Both the position numbers and the translations under genes were made by a program. Of a stretch of DNA of 64,000 nt, positions 62,781 through 64,000 are shown one piece after another. This DNA is from Octopus sinensis (lineage: Eukaryota). The stretch covers positions 26,846,001-26,910,000 of the forward strand of contig NC_043015.1 of the NCBI RefSeq assembly GCF_006345805.1, in the 5' to 3' direction. Under the pieces are notes generated by a model that worked only from the letters and a program-made list of their open reading frames with translations, had not been told where the DNA came from and did no database searches. Every line of letters starts with the position of its first letter. Within the stretch, counting starts at the first letter, position 1.

Positions 62781-64000
62781 TTTATTTCATATAATTTGCC
62801 ATTTAGGCATTTACAAAGAGGGGACAAACAAGGACAGACAAATATAAAGGGTGAAGTAGCTTAACACAGTTAAAATTTTCGAATGAAATTACGGATAAGA
62901 TTATAAACAATGAGTTTTACGAAGACAATGTTTAAAAATATTATTAATGATCATGTCGAAGGACGGACACCCAGCCATCCGGGTAGAACCTTTACTTTCT
63001 GATCTGGTCACACTTACCTGGTGCCAAACATACCCAACTTGCATGCCACAAACATATCTCGTGACAGACACCTCTTCTCCAGCCTGATTTTGCTACTGAG
63101 GTGGTAACTAAAAAAGTTAATCAACCGCTGGCCGGAGACAAAGGTGCCTGTCACTATAACTTTCGTACGCGTCTTCCATACTGTTTCTTTCAGTATGGCT
63201 ACTACACAGAAAAAACAAGCCTTTCTTTTCCTGTTAAGGAAAGGAGGCGGCGCAATCTCGATGATAGACTCAGCTGATAGATGTACTCTTCCCATCACTG
63301 ACAATAGTTGTTCAGCAAAAGCTATCAGTCCCGATAACTCCGGACACTCCACGAATGCGTGCAAGACGGTCTCCCTATCCTGCTCACATCGCGGACATGT
63401 CGGCGAGACGGCACTACCGTGCCTTGACAGCTTGTCGCGAACAGGTAAAGCCGCACGGAAACACTGCCAGGCCAGGGATTTCTGGTAATTATCCACATAC
63501 CCCGGCCCGAACGTCCTCCGGAACAGGTTGACCAACTGATTTTCATCGTAGCCCAAGGTCTCCCCCAAGGCGTCTTCGGACTTAACCTCCACTAACCCGC
63601 TATAGAAATCCGTGGTGGAACTCCTGTTGCCGGCGTTGCCCACCCGAGAGAGTAGCTGGAGCGCCTAACGGCACTCCAAATGCCATTCACTCAGTTTAGG
63701 TCTCCGCTTGATCCATGCACCGATGACCGTTAGGGATGTTAACTGGGGAAGGTAGAACCGGACGTGCGGTGACCACACCTGCTCTCCATCCAGGTAAAGC
63801 CAGAGGTGCCTCAACCTTAACGCGAGTTTTCGCATCCTCAGCCAAGGCATCCCTAGCCCACCCTTTAGCGGTTTCTGGCAGCAGACAGAGCGCTTTACAA
63901 GTGGCTTCCTCCTTTCCATAAAAATCGGAAAAGGATTCTCTCCAACTTGTTCAGCCACAATCGGGGCAAGGCACCACGGTCAGACGGTAGGTGATTACTG
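62781..64000 (-). mobile_element. 3' end of an L1/Tx1-clade LINE (ORF2 C-terminus and 3'UTR), continuing beyond the window
   Basis: Peptides KGGLGMP..LALRLRHL, LAWQCFRAALPV and CPRCEQDRETVLHAFVEC (zf-RVT-like), ..ETVWKTR. Confidence 0.88.

Overview
This is an AT-rich, microsatellite-dense eukaryotic window made up almost entirely of transposable elements and their remnants. The SINE types and repeat landscape suggest an octopus/cephalopod genome (inference, no database search run). No host protein-coding gene can be supported; most ORFs in the track are translations of microsatellites. Recognisable elements: RTE, R4/Dong, CR1-like and L1/Tx1 LINEs; Penelope-like (RT + GIY-YIG) fragments; mariner, maT and a probable piggyBac remnant; long foldback elements; and many tRNA-derived SINEs. 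Two unusual systems stand out. (1) A ~558-bp tandem array (10 full units plus a partial one, 21291-27085) carries a type I hammerhead ribozyme (HHR) motif on the minus strand of each unit. The array breaks into an inverted copy within 0-4 nt of the predicted self-cleavage site, and it sits inside a ~9.3-kb quasi-palindrome containing further HHRs. This looks like a retrozyme/Penelope-associated circular or multimeric RNA system. (2) Two L1/Tx1-clade elements are inserted in tandem at the same nucleotide of a tRNA-derived SINE head, which suggests a SINE-targeting site-specific retrotransposon. All ribozyme calls are by-eye motif and pairing matches and need computational and experimental confirmation.
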